DNA of 64,000 nt, taken from positions 15,810,001 to 15,874,000 of the forward strand of contig NC_086108.1 in assembly GCF_963921235.1 (NCBI RefSeq), written 5' to 3'. Source of the stretch: Mobula hypostoma (taxonomy: Eukaryota). Numbering within the stretch: position 1 is the stretch's first letter; each line of letters starts with the position of its first letter. Under the pieces are notes generated by a model. That model had not been told where the DNA came from, searched no databases, and was given only the letters and a program-made list of their open reading frames with translations. Of the stretch, positions 52,004-62,867 are shown one piece after another. A program made the translations under genes and the position numbers.

Positions 52004-54583
52004 TCAGTTTTTGAGGACAGCCTGCTCTAGGCAGAATTGCAGCTGTGCCATATTGCTTCCATTTCTTGATGATAACTGTGCTCCAAAGGATATTCAGTGA
52101 CTTGGAAATTTTCTTGTATCTATCTCCTGACTTGTGCTTTTCAATAACCTTTTTGTGAAGATTCTTGCCATATATTTTTGTTTTCATGATGTAGTTTTTG
52201 CCAGGATACTGACTCACCAGCAGTTAGACCTTCCAGATACAGGTGTATTTTTAATACAATCAATTGAAACACCATGAATGCACACAGGTGATCTCCATTT
52301 AACTAATTATGTGACTTCTAAAACCAATTGGCTGCACCAGTGATGATTTGGTGTGTCATAATAAGGGGGGTGAATACTTGTGCAATCAATGATTTTGTGT
52401 TTTATATTTGTAATTAGTTTTGATCACTTTGTAGAGATTAGATTTCACTTTGACACAGAAGAGTCTTTTTCTGTTGATCGATGTCAAAAAAGCCAAATTA
52501 AATCCACTGTGGTTCATTGTTTTAAAACAATAAAACATGAAGACTTTCAGGGGGGTGAATAGTTTTTATAGGCGCTGTAAATACTAGTTGGTCCTGAGGA
52601 AAACCACTCCAAAACCTTACTGTATGGAATGTGTCAAGAGTTGATGAAGTAATCTTGTGTGTTTCCAACCTCAAGTTTAAATGATAACACCTCCTGCTAT
52701 CAGCAGCAGCCCAAGCTGTCTGCATTAACCTCAGCAACAGTTTGCTAAGGCTTCTGTAAGAGTACCTGTCAAACCCATGACCACCACTACCAAGGCAGAT
52801 GGCCAGAGGGGGTAAAACAGATGATGGAATGGATGAAGTCAATGGAAAGTTAAACACGTTTATAAATAGATAGGGTGAATGTGCAGTGTTTTTCTCAAGG
52901 AGTTAAGAACAAGAGGGCATAAGCTTAAAGTGAAAGGGAAGAAATTTATTAGGAACCTGAAGGATGACTTTTTCACCCAGAGAGTGGTCTGTATATGGAA
53001 TGAACTGCCAGAGGAAGTGGTTGTGGTAAGCACATAAACAAGATTTAAAAGGAAATTTCACAGGTAATGGATAGGAAAGGTTGAGGGGTATGTAGGTCAA
53101 TCACAGGCAATTGAGACTAGCTTAGATGGGAATCTAGGTTGACATAGACTATTTGGACCAAAGAGTCTATTTCATACTGTCTGACTATATGACTGTATAG
53201 CCTACAGGACGATGACAGATTGTAGTGGTGCTAGAAAGTTTGTGAGCCCTGTAGAATTTCCTCTCTTTCTGCATAAATGTGACCTAAAATGTGATCAGAT
53301 CTTCACATAAGTCCTAAAACTAGATAAAGAGAACAAAATTAAATAAATAACCCAAAAAAATTATACTTCATTTATTTATTGAGAAAAATGATCCACTATT
53401 ACATGGCTATGTTGGAAAAAGTATGTGAACCTCTAGGGTAATGCCTGCTACAAAAGTCAGGTGTTCGAATCAGTGAGATAAGAATGGAGGTGTGGGTTGT
53501 CGAGGTGCCCTGCCGTATAAAATGACACCTAAAGTCAGATTGCTCTTCTCAAGTAAGATCCGTTTATGTGCAGTATGCCTCAATCAAAACAACTTTCAGA
53601 GAATCATAGAAGAAGAATTGTAGAGATGCATGAAGCTGGAAGAGGCTACAAAAGCACTACTAAAGACCTCAGTAAGAGAAATTGTCTCCAAATGGAGGGA
53701 ACTCAGTACTTTGCTACTCTCCCGAGGAGTGGGCGTCCTGCAAAGATCACACCAATAGTACAACATGCAATGCTGAAGGAGGTGAAAAAGAACCTGGTGT
53801 AACAGCAAAAGACCTGCAGAAATCTCTAGAACTTGCTAAAGTCTCTGTTCATGTGTCCACTATAAGAAAACATTGAACAGATTGGTGTTCATGGAAGGAC
53901 ACCACAGAGGAAACCACTGTTCTCCAAAAGAAAACATTGCTGCATGTCTCAAGTTTGCAAAAGACTGCCTGAATGTTCTGCAATGCTTCTGGGAAATGTT
54001 CTCTGGACAGATGGGACCAAAATTGAATTTTTTGACAGAAATACACATTGCTGAGGCATTAGGAGGAAAAAGGGCACTGCACACCAATACCAAAACTTCA
54101 TCCCAACTGTGAATCATGGTGGAAGGAGCATCATGGTTTGGGGCTGTTTTGCTGCCTCAGGGCCTGGACAGCTTGCAATCGTTGAAGGAACAATGAAAAT
54201 AAAGTTGTATCAAGACATAGAACAGGAGAATGTCAGGGTAGCAGTCTGTCACCTAAAGCTTAATAGAAGTTGGATAATGCAACAAGACAATGATCCAAAA
54301 GACGAGTAAATCAATGACAGAATAGTTTAAAAAGAAGAAAATTGTGTTTTGGAATGACCAAATCAAAGTCCTGACCTTAATCTTATAGAAGCAAGCAGTC
54401 CATGCAACGAAACTCACCAGCATCCTAAAGTTGAAGCAGGAATGGCCTAAAATTCCTCCAAGCCGATATGCAGGACTGATCAACAGTTACTGGAAATGTT
54501 TGGTTGAAGTTATTGGTGTACAAGGGTGTTACACTAGTTACTGAAAGTAAAGGTTCACGTCCAACAAATACATGTAATATTGA

Positions 54584-54796
54584 CACGAGGAATTCTGCAG
54601 ATGTTGAAAATTCAAGCAACACACATCAAAGTTGCTGGTGAACGCATCTCCCCCTCCCCCTCCCACTTTTAAATCTCTTACTAGCTCTTTCTTCAGTTAG
54701 TCCTGACGAAGGGTCTCGGCCTGAAACGTCGACTGTACCTCTTTCTAGAGATGCTACCTGGCCTGCTGCGTTCATCAGCAACTTTGATGTGTGTTT
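54584..54796 (+). mobile_element. Short Penelope pLTR insertion with inverted ends, 13-bp TSD, inside Tc1
   Basis: TSD catgtaatattga at 54571-54583 and 54797-54809; inverted 29-mers at 54618-54646 and 54767-54795; same family as 3120-4053. Confidence 0.9.
54698..54735 (+). ncRNA. Minimal type I hammerhead ribozyme, sense to RABGAP1L pre-mRNA
   Basis: tagtc ctgacga agg-gtctcgg-cct gaaac gtc gactg; predicted cleavage after 54730. Confidence 0.85.
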
Positions 54797-55058
54797 CATG
54801 TAATATTGAATCACTTTTGTCAATAAATAAATGAACAAGTATAATGTTTTGTGTGTTATTTGTTTAATTGGGTTCACTATATCTGGTGTTAGGACTTGTG
54901 TGACGATCTGATCACACTTTAGGTCATATTTATGCAGAAGTGGGGACAATTCTACAGGGTTCATAGACTTTCCAGCACCTGTATCTTTAACGCCAAAGTC
55001 AACCTCAGCTAAAGACTTGCTCAAGTGTTCTCAGGACTTCTATGCACAGTGGAATTTT

Positions 55059-55155
55059 TTTTTCTCTCTCTGTTTTCCTCCCTCCCTCCCTCTCTCCCCT
55101 CCCCAGAGCCAGACCGAGCGAAGGCTCCGGGCTCCCGGCGCCCCGCTGCCGAACT
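55059..55155 (-). other. 97-nt GC-rich retroposed RNA fragment with 14-bp TSD
   Basis: TSD cacagtggaatttt at 55045-55058 and 55156-55169; short A tail on -; target site TTTT/AA. Confidence 0.8.
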
Positions 55156-55915
55156 CACAGTGGAATTTTAAATGTTTTCTCAAACAAGGATTATAGACAT
55201 TGTTTTACATCACCTTTTGTGTCCAGTGACCTCACTAAAGTGCTGGCTGAATTTCATATTACAAACTTCAGTCCTGACCCAAAAATGGTTCTCCAAACCT
55301 TTGATGTAGAAGGAGAACAGCAACTGGCATAGAGAATGCCGTAAACTGCAGGTTTCTGTCCAAGTCCAGACTTGTAACTAACTCTCTGGTAGTTTACCAT
55401 TACCATGTCTAAACCCTGGAACTCCCTTCCAACAGCTCTGTGAAGGACTGCAGTGGTTCAAAAAGGCGGTTCATCTCCAGCTTCTCATGGACAATTAAGC
55501 TGGGCAATAAATCCTGGCACATCCTGTAAATTAAAAGAAAATTCCCAGGTAATTTAGTGATGACATAAGGATGGCAGCAAAGATGGAAAATCCAAAACTT
55601 GCTGCCCCACAGTGGTGTTGTTGGTTGCAAATTCTAAAGTGAATTGTTTGACAAAGAGTGGGATATGGAGCCAAGATAATTTATAAAGCTAATGAAATAC
55701 TCAGACAGCTTCATCTAAATGTGCCTTGAATAAACCAGCCCTTACCCTCACTCTTTATTGACAATTCACAAAGCTGTATATTACCCCAGGGCTTAATGAC
55801 AGGGACTATCAATGATGCCTTTAATAAAAAGAACTTAGCCCTATTGTATTTCAGAAGTGGAGACTGTGATTTTTGTATTTTTCCACTAACTGTCTCTTTC
55901 CTACAATCTTTCCAG

Positions 55916-56008
55916 GTGCCAACAAAAAAACTGAAGAAGTATGAGAAGGAATACCAAACAATGAGGGAGCAGCAGCAACAGCAGGAAGATCCGATCGACA
56001 GATACAAG
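55916..56008 (+). CDS. RABGAP1L: RABGAP1L internal exon (31 aa, start of the coiled-coil region)
   Basis: VPTKKLKKYEKEYQTMREQQQQQEDPIDRYK. Branch point ctaac 55886-55890, pyrimidine tract, CAG acceptor ending at 55915, donor GTAGGG at 56009, phase 0-0. Confidence 0.95.
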
Positions 56009-56099
56009 GTAGGGAAACATGCAAAATCCGCCTTGTCATTGACAATGTTGGGAGTGCACTGAGTGTTTAGAATCTCACAGAAAAACTGGGTAAAGAAAC

Positions 56100-57375
56100 A
56101 GATCAATGTCTGAAGTCTGCAGTACAGGCTATATTGTCAGAGGCTTCAGTGGAAGCAAACTAATGAGGTAGTCTTGAGGGGTTGTAAAGTCTGGAGAGTT
56201 TTTGTAAAGCAATACATTGAGGAACTACCCAGGAATAGACTAGTTTACATCAGGTGGTGGTAATGAGAATGATTAATGAATGATCGGTAATAGCATGTTC
56301 AACATTAAGCTATAGAATGATTGAGAAATCTTCACCCTGCTCATGAAATACCACAATTCTGACCTGAGATGCAGACCATAATTATAAGCTTCAAGGTGGG
56401 TTTGGAGAGGAATTAGGATAATCTGGAAATAAAACTCTGAAACTGGGGAAGGCCAATTTCAAGGTCATATGACAGGCCTGGCAGAAGTAGATTGGGAGAG
56501 GAGTGCCTACATGTGCCAAGTGAGAATCGTTCAAAAGTAAAGAAAGAGAATTTAAGTACAACATTTCCCCATATGGGTGAAAAATACAGGAAGCAAGTCC
56601 AAGGAACCCTGGATGTCACAGGTTTGATAAAGATAAAAAGCGCATGTCTGGTATGAAGAACTGAAAACAGAAGCACATTGGAAGGCATAAGGCAGAATTG
56701 GAAAATGAAATATCACTTGCAGACAAGCTCAAAGAAAATCCCAAAGCATTTCATGAGTATATTAATAGCACTATGAAAATCTGTGTGTGAAGGCTCGTGA
56801 ATTTGGGAGGTTCTAAATGAATATTCGTATGTCACCTCTATTCGATAAGGACAGACACATTATGGTCAGAGAATTAAAGAAAAGAGGTAGTGAAATTCCA
56901 GAGCATGTTATCATTACAAAGGAGAAATTAGATGTCTTCATGGGTTTAAAGTTCAATAAATACCCAGGTACTATTAGGATGTATCCTGGACTACAAGGCA
57001 AGGGAAAAAGTTGTTGGGGCACTTAAATCTTAACTGGCCAAAACAAATGTAGCTCTTTTATGCAGGGAAGAAGCCAGGTAATTGCAGGCTTGTTAGTACA
57101 GTGTCAGTGTAGGAAATTTATTTGAAAAAAATCTACACTTATAAAGGCAGGGATTAATCAAATAAAGACAGCATGTTTTTGTTGGGGAGAGATAGTGTCT
57201 GACTAGTTAGATTGACTTTATCAAAGAGGTAATAAAAAAAATACGTTGGCAGCATGGTTGATGTAGTCAACATGAGTCCAGTTAGGCCTTTGACAAGGTT
57301 GCACCTGGGACTAGTCCAAAAGGTTAGAGCCCATGATATCCAAAGCAAGTGGCAGATTAGAGCCCATGATATCCA
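56100..57375 (+). mobile_element. Old degraded CR1 ORF2
   Basis: Residual motifs aaagaaaatcccaaagcatt and aggcctttgacaaggtt; resumes at ~59050-59320 (SKLADD). Confidence 0.65.
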
Positions 57376-57384
57376 AAGAAGTGG

Positions 57385-59045
57385 CGGATAGTGGAGAGCA
57401 CACCTGTGGCTGTCCCCCTCAGCAACAAATATCTTGTTCTGGATGCTGTTGAGGGGGATGACCTGACAGGGGACAACCACGGTGACCGGGTCTCTGGCAC
57501 TGAGCCTGGCGATGTTGTGCAGGAGAGAAGGAGGGAGAAGAGGAATGCGGTAGTCATAGAGGATTACATAGTCAGGGGAACGGACAGGAGATTCTGTGAG
57601 CCTGATAGAGATACCCACATGGTGTGTTGCCTACATCAAAGTTGCTGGTGAACGCAGCAGGCCAAGCAGCATCTATAGGAAGAGGCGCAGTCGACGTTTC
57701 AGGCCGAGACCCTTCGTCAGTTGCCTCCCAGGTGCCAGGGTACGGGATGTCTCGGATCGAGTCCTGAATATTCTGAAGGAGGAGGGTGAGCAGCCAGTTG
57801 TCTTGGTACATGTTGATACCAATGACATAGATAGGACAAAGGAGGAGGTCCTGAAGAGAGATTTCCAGGTGTTAGGAAGGAAGCTGAGAAGCAGGACCTC
57901 CAGGGTAGTAATCTCGGGATTACTACCTGTGCCACGTGCTAGCGAGGGCAAGAATAGTAGGATCAGGCAGATGAATGCGTGGCTGAGAGACTGGTGCAGG
58001 GGCCAGGGCTTCAGATTCTTGGATAATTGGGATCTCTTCTGGGGGAGGTATGACCTGTTCAAAAAGGACAGGTTACACCTGAACCTGAAAGGAAACAATA
58101 TCATGGCGGGAAGGTTTAATAAAGCTGTTAGGGAGGGTTTAAACTAATTTGGCAGGGGGATGGGAACCGGAATGACAGGGCTTAGGAAGGGGAAAACAGA
58201 AATAAATCTAAGATAGTGAGCAGTAAAGACGTCAGGAAAGACAGGCAGGTGGTGGGGCAAATTTGGGATGAGTTGCAGTGCAATCAAAGCGAAAAGTACC
58301 AAATACTGGTCTTAAGGTGTTATACTTAAATGCACGCAAGGAATAAGGTGGATGATCTTGTCGTACAGCTACAAATTGGCAGGTATGATATTGTGGCCAT
58401 CACTGAGATGTGGCTAAAGGATGAGTCGGTGGTGAAGAAGGCGAATGCAATGTTGGCATTCATTTCTAGAGGAATAGAGTATAGGAGCAGGGATGTGATT
58501 TAGAGGTTCTATAAGACACTGGTGAGACCTCACTTGGAGTACTGTGGGCAGTTTTGGTCGCCTTATTTAAGAAAGGATGTGCTGACGTTGGAGAGGGTAC
58601 AGAGAAGGTTCACTAGAATGATTCTGGGAATGAGAGGGTTAACATATGAGGAACGTTTGTCCACTCTTGGACTGTATTCCTTGGAGTTTAGAAGAATGAG
58701 GGGAGACCTCATAGAAACATTTCAAATGTTGAAAGGCATGGACAGAGTGGATGTGGCAAAGTTGTTTGAAGGGCACCCATTCAGAACAGAAATGCGAGAA
58801 ATTTTTTTAGTCAGAGGGTGGTGAATCTATGGAATTTGTTGCCACGGGCAGCAGTGGAGGCCAAGTCATTGGGTGTATTTAAGGCAGAGATTGATAGGTA
58901 TCTGAGTAGCCAGGGCATTAAAGGTCTTGGTGAGAAGGCGGGGGAGTGGGACTAAATGGGAGAATGGATCAGCTCATGATAAAATGGCGGAGCAGACTCG
59001 ATGGGCTGAATGGCCGACTTCTGCTCTTTTGTCTTATGGTCTTAT
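57385..59045 (+). mobile_element. CR1 with ORF1 (SGNH esterase), APE start, large internal deletion and 3' end
   Basis: VPLSNKYLVL, AVVIEDYIVR, CLPGARVRDV, VHVDTNDI, DRLHLN (57391-58147); LKVLYLNAR at ~58310; jump at ~58422 to KKANAMLAF...RPHLEYC. Confidence 0.92.
57633..57719 (-). mobile_element. 87-bp Penelope 3'-end insertion in CR1 ORF1, 7-bp TSD
   Basis: TSD gttgcct at 57626-57632 and 57720-57726; almost identical to 3125-3211. Removing it restores MVCCLPGARV. Confidence 0.92.
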
Positions 59046-59329
59046 GGATTAGATCCAAAATTAGCTTGATATGGTGGTGAGTTGCTTTTCTGCTCAAAGT
59101 CTATAACTAATGGTGTACCACAGGGATGGGTGCTGGCACCCTTGTTGTTTGTTATATATATTAATAATTTGCATGTAAATATAGAAAATCTGATTAGTAA
59201 GTTGGCAGATGACATGAGGAGGATAGTTTTAGGCTCCTGGATGATATTGATCAATTGGTAAAATTGGCAGTGCAATGGCAGAAGGAATTTAATCTAGATT
59301 AGTGTGAGGTGATGCAGTTTGAACATCAG

Positions 59330-59885
59330 ACAGTACAGTATAGGAATAGGCCCTTCGGTCCATGATGTGCCAAACTAATTAGGATAACGGTGCTTAATTA
59401 AACTAATCCCTTCTCTCTGCACATGATCCATATACCTCCATTCTCTAAGCATGTGCCTGCGTAAGAACCTCTTAAACACTTCTGTTGTACCTGCCTCCAC
59501 CACTACCCCGGCAGCATATGTCAGGCATCCACCAATCTCTGTCAAAAAATTGGCTTTGCACATCTTCTTTGAACTTTCACCCTCTCACCTTAAATGCATG
59601 TCTTGTAGTATTAAGCATTTCAGATAAACAATCAGAATTAAGTTTAATATCGCCAGATTTTGACTATTTATCTATGCCTATCACAATTTTATAAACTTTT
59701 AGCAGGTCTCCTCTGCCTCTCTAAAAATTCAACCTGTGCTTGTCTAACCTCTCCTTATAGCTCATTACTTCTAATCAGACAGCATACTGGTGAAATTTTT
59801 CTGAACACTTTCCATGGCCTCCATATCCTTCTTATAAAGGGGTGATCAGCAATGAATGCAATATTCCCGATGCAGCCTAACCATA
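59330..59885 (-). mobile_element. CR1 3' fragment
   Basis: Antisense CR1 3' UTR similar to 42725-43330. Confidence 0.7.
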
Positions 59886-61710
59886 ATTAGTTTGGGAAAC
59901 TAGTAAGTGTAGCTCATAGACAATGAATGATAGAGTCCTAGGGAGTATTGAGAAATGAAAGTCCAAAGATTCTCAAAGGTGGTAGCATAAGTGAAGAACA
60001 TGATGAAGAAGGCATATGTCTTCACTAGCCACTGTAAAATACCGATAATAATAGACAATTAAAGGGCTTAAGGAGAGTGGAACTTAACCTCCGTCACAAG
60101 AGAAGTTTACCAGGCAAACGAATGGGACTATAAATCAAGCCTTGAATCCAGTGGCCTGCATCTTCAGGTCTCCAAGTGGCTGCAGAAAGCCGAATGTATC
60201 CCACAACTGCCTGGATTTTGGAGTGGTTCCAGACAGCAATTGTGATGTCTCTTTCAAGAAAGAAGGGAGAAACGAACAAGAGGAGAGTTATCTGGAGGTC
60301 TATTACTGGGAAATATTGAAATCCTTTATTTAGTAGCAAATAGCAGGACATTTATAAAATCAACCGGAACCAACATTGTTTATGGAAAGGGATTGTGAGT
60401 AGAAAATGTATTGAGGATGTAGTAAACAGAACAGATAAGTTCAACACAGTCTATTCAGATTTCAAAGAGGGATATGAGATGAGAATGCAGAATTGAAATA
60501 ATTTACCATAGGGGAGTTGGTAGAAAATAATAGAAAAAAAATAAAAACTAATAGAAAACATTTTGGAAACGGGATGATTTTTAGAGTGGCAACCAATAAT
60601 TAGTTGGGTGCCACAGATATAAATACAGGGGACCTCAGTTACCCAGGTTTGCCTGGTTATTATGTTTATGTAGTGGAATAATGCAGGAAAAATTAATGAC
60701 ATAGATTGTGCCTTTATTTTTTTGCACAGACCTTTTTTCTCTCTCTTCAGTGTCTTGCTTAGTTTATATTCTGTATGTTGTCTGAACCTATGTGCCCGTG
60801 ATGCAAGCAGGTTTTTCATGCTACCTGTACCTCACCATACCTGCGCACAGCCAACAATCCAAAGACCCAGTGCAAAGTATAGTGTAGCTACTCTTCCTAA
60901 CAGTAAAGTGTAATGTGCTGTGGTTTTGTCCTGCTGTGTTTTGTGCCTGACTGTCTGCCTGAAGGTATTGAAGGGAATATATATATGTTTCATAACTTCC
61001 CCTCCCCTTATTGCTCCTTCCTCTCACTCAGCAGAGGCTACAAGGTGTTGTATTGTTTGAGTGGATATATTTTGTGACAAGCAAGGTATCACAACTCCTT
61101 GGGTCAGAACCTCCTCTCTTACACGTTTGTGATTCTATCGGTATACAGTCATAAAAATCTAATAATTGTCCTTATTTGTAACAGATTTCAAACACTAATT
61201 TTAATTTTGTACAATAGTTTATAAGGGATTAGTAAGCATGATTTAGGCATGTCTCTTTTTGTACCGAATTAATTGCTGAGACTTTTCTGTTTTGGGGCTA
61301 ACAATGGAAGTTTAGAACTAAGGTAGAAGTAATCTCATTTCTAAGCTGAAGTGTAAGGTTGTTGATAAAGAGAAGATATAAAGAGACACAGAGTCATACA
61401 GCACTAAAATAGGCCTTTTGGCCATCTCCATGTTGACTGTTATATTTATTTATACTAATCCCACTAAACCACATTTGGTCATAGACTTTGGTGATGCTTG
61501 TTTTGTCTAGGAGCTTATTAAGATGTTGTGAGTATGCCTGCCTCTACCTCCTCCAGCAACATGTTCCAGATTTCAATCACACTCTGGGTGAAAGAAATTC
61601 TCCCTTAGATGCCCTCAAAATGACCTACATGTTTTTTTTTTTGCAATGTTTACTGTATCTGCACTGCACTTTCCGTGTAGCTATTACACTTTGCTCTGAT
61701 TGTCATTGTA

Positions 61711-62815
61711 TTGGTGTGGGTGGAGAATTGGTTAGCAGACAGGAAGCAAAGAGTGGGAATAAACGGGACCTTTTCAGAATGGCAGGCGGTGACTAGTGGG
61801 GTACCGCAAGGCTCAGTGCTGGGACCCCAGTTGTTTACAATATATATTAATGACTTGGATGAGGGAATTAAATGCAGCATCTCCAAGTTTGCGGATGACA
61901 CGAAGCTGGGTGGCAGTGTTAGCTGTGAGGAGGATGCTAAGAGGATGCAGGGTGACTTGGATAGGTTGGGTGAGTGGGCAAATTCATGGCAGATGCAATT
62001 TAATGTGGATAAATGTGAAGTTATCCACTTTGGTGGCAAAAATAGGAAAACAGATTATTATCTGAATGGTGGCCGATTAGGAAAAGGGGAGGTGCAATGA
62101 GACCTGGGTGTCATTATACACCAGTCATTGAAAGTGGGCATGCAGATACAGCAGGCAGTGAAAAAGGCGAATGGTATGCTGGCATTTATAGCGAGAGGAT
62201 TCGAGTACAGGAGCAGGGAGGTACTACTGCAGTTGTACAAGGCCTTGGTGAGACCACACCTGGAGTATTGTGTGCAGTTTCCCCTAATCTGAGGAAAGAC
62301 ATCCTTGCCATAGAGGGAGTACAAAGAAGGTTCACCAGATTGATTCCTGGGATGGCAGGACTTTCATATGAAGAAAGACTGGATGAACTGGGCTTGTACT
62401 CGTTGGAATTTAGAAGATTGAGGGGGGATCTGATTGAAACGTATAAGATCCTAAAGGGATTGGACAGGCTAGATGCAGGAAGATTGTTCCCGATGTTGGG
62501 GAAGTCCAGAACGAGGGGCCACAGTTTGAGGATAGAGGGGAAGCCTTTTAGGACCGAGATTAGGAAAAACTTCTTCACACAGAGAGTGGTGAATCTGTGG
62601 AATTCTCTGCCACAGGAAACTGTTGAGGCCAGTTCATTGGCTATATTTAAGAGGGAGTTAGATATGGCCCTTGTGGCTACGGGGGTCAGGGGGTATGGAG
62701 GGAAGGCTGGGGCGGGGTTCTGAGTTGGATGATCAGCCATGATCATAATAAATGGCGGTGCAGGCTCGAAGGGCCGAATGGCCTACTCCTGCACCTATTT
62801 TCTATGTTTCTATGT
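61711..62815 (+). mobile_element. Young 5'-truncated CR1
   Basis: ORFs 61711-62100 ([16 protein letters not shown]) and 62097-62723; tail ttttctatgtttctatg. Confidence 0.95.
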
Positions 62816-62867
62816 TTTTCACAGTTTTTTTTAAAGTGTATGTCGGTGCACCCTCACCTTCAACCTA

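Larger units (their letters stand above)
49954..52577 (-). mobile_element. Tc1 DNA transposon, decayed, with nested insertion
   Basis: TA at 49952-53 and 52578-79; ~200-bp TIRs (cagtgcctataaaaagtattcac / gtgaatagtttttataggcgctg). Transposase pieces at 51987-52217 (HTH) and 50433-50651 (KHGG..IILWGCF, FQQDDGPKH), plus [11 protein letters not shown] near 50360-50400. Confidence 0.95.
53223..54981 (+). mobile_element. Second Tc1 family member, decayed
   Basis: TIRs tagtggtgctagaaagtttgtgagccc / gggttcatagactttccagcacctg with a right TA. ORFs 53566-53802 (MPQSKQLSE...LPRSGRP) and 54109-54309 (HGGRSIMVWGCF, QQDNDPK). Confidence 0.93.

Noticed and set aside
55796..56062. 88-aa ORF as a standalone gene
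   Set aside because: Only 55916-56008 is exon. The remainder is intron read-through bounded by canonical splice signals.
57596..58147. 183-aa esterase-like ORF as a host gene
   Set aside because: It is CR1 ORF1 with a chimeric N-terminus caused by the Penelope insertion.
60730..60765. Pyrimidine tract plus CAG as an alternative terminal RABGAP1L exon
   Set aside because: It yields only CLA-stop, has no similarity to known termini, and sits in sequence resembling a LINE 3' UTR.
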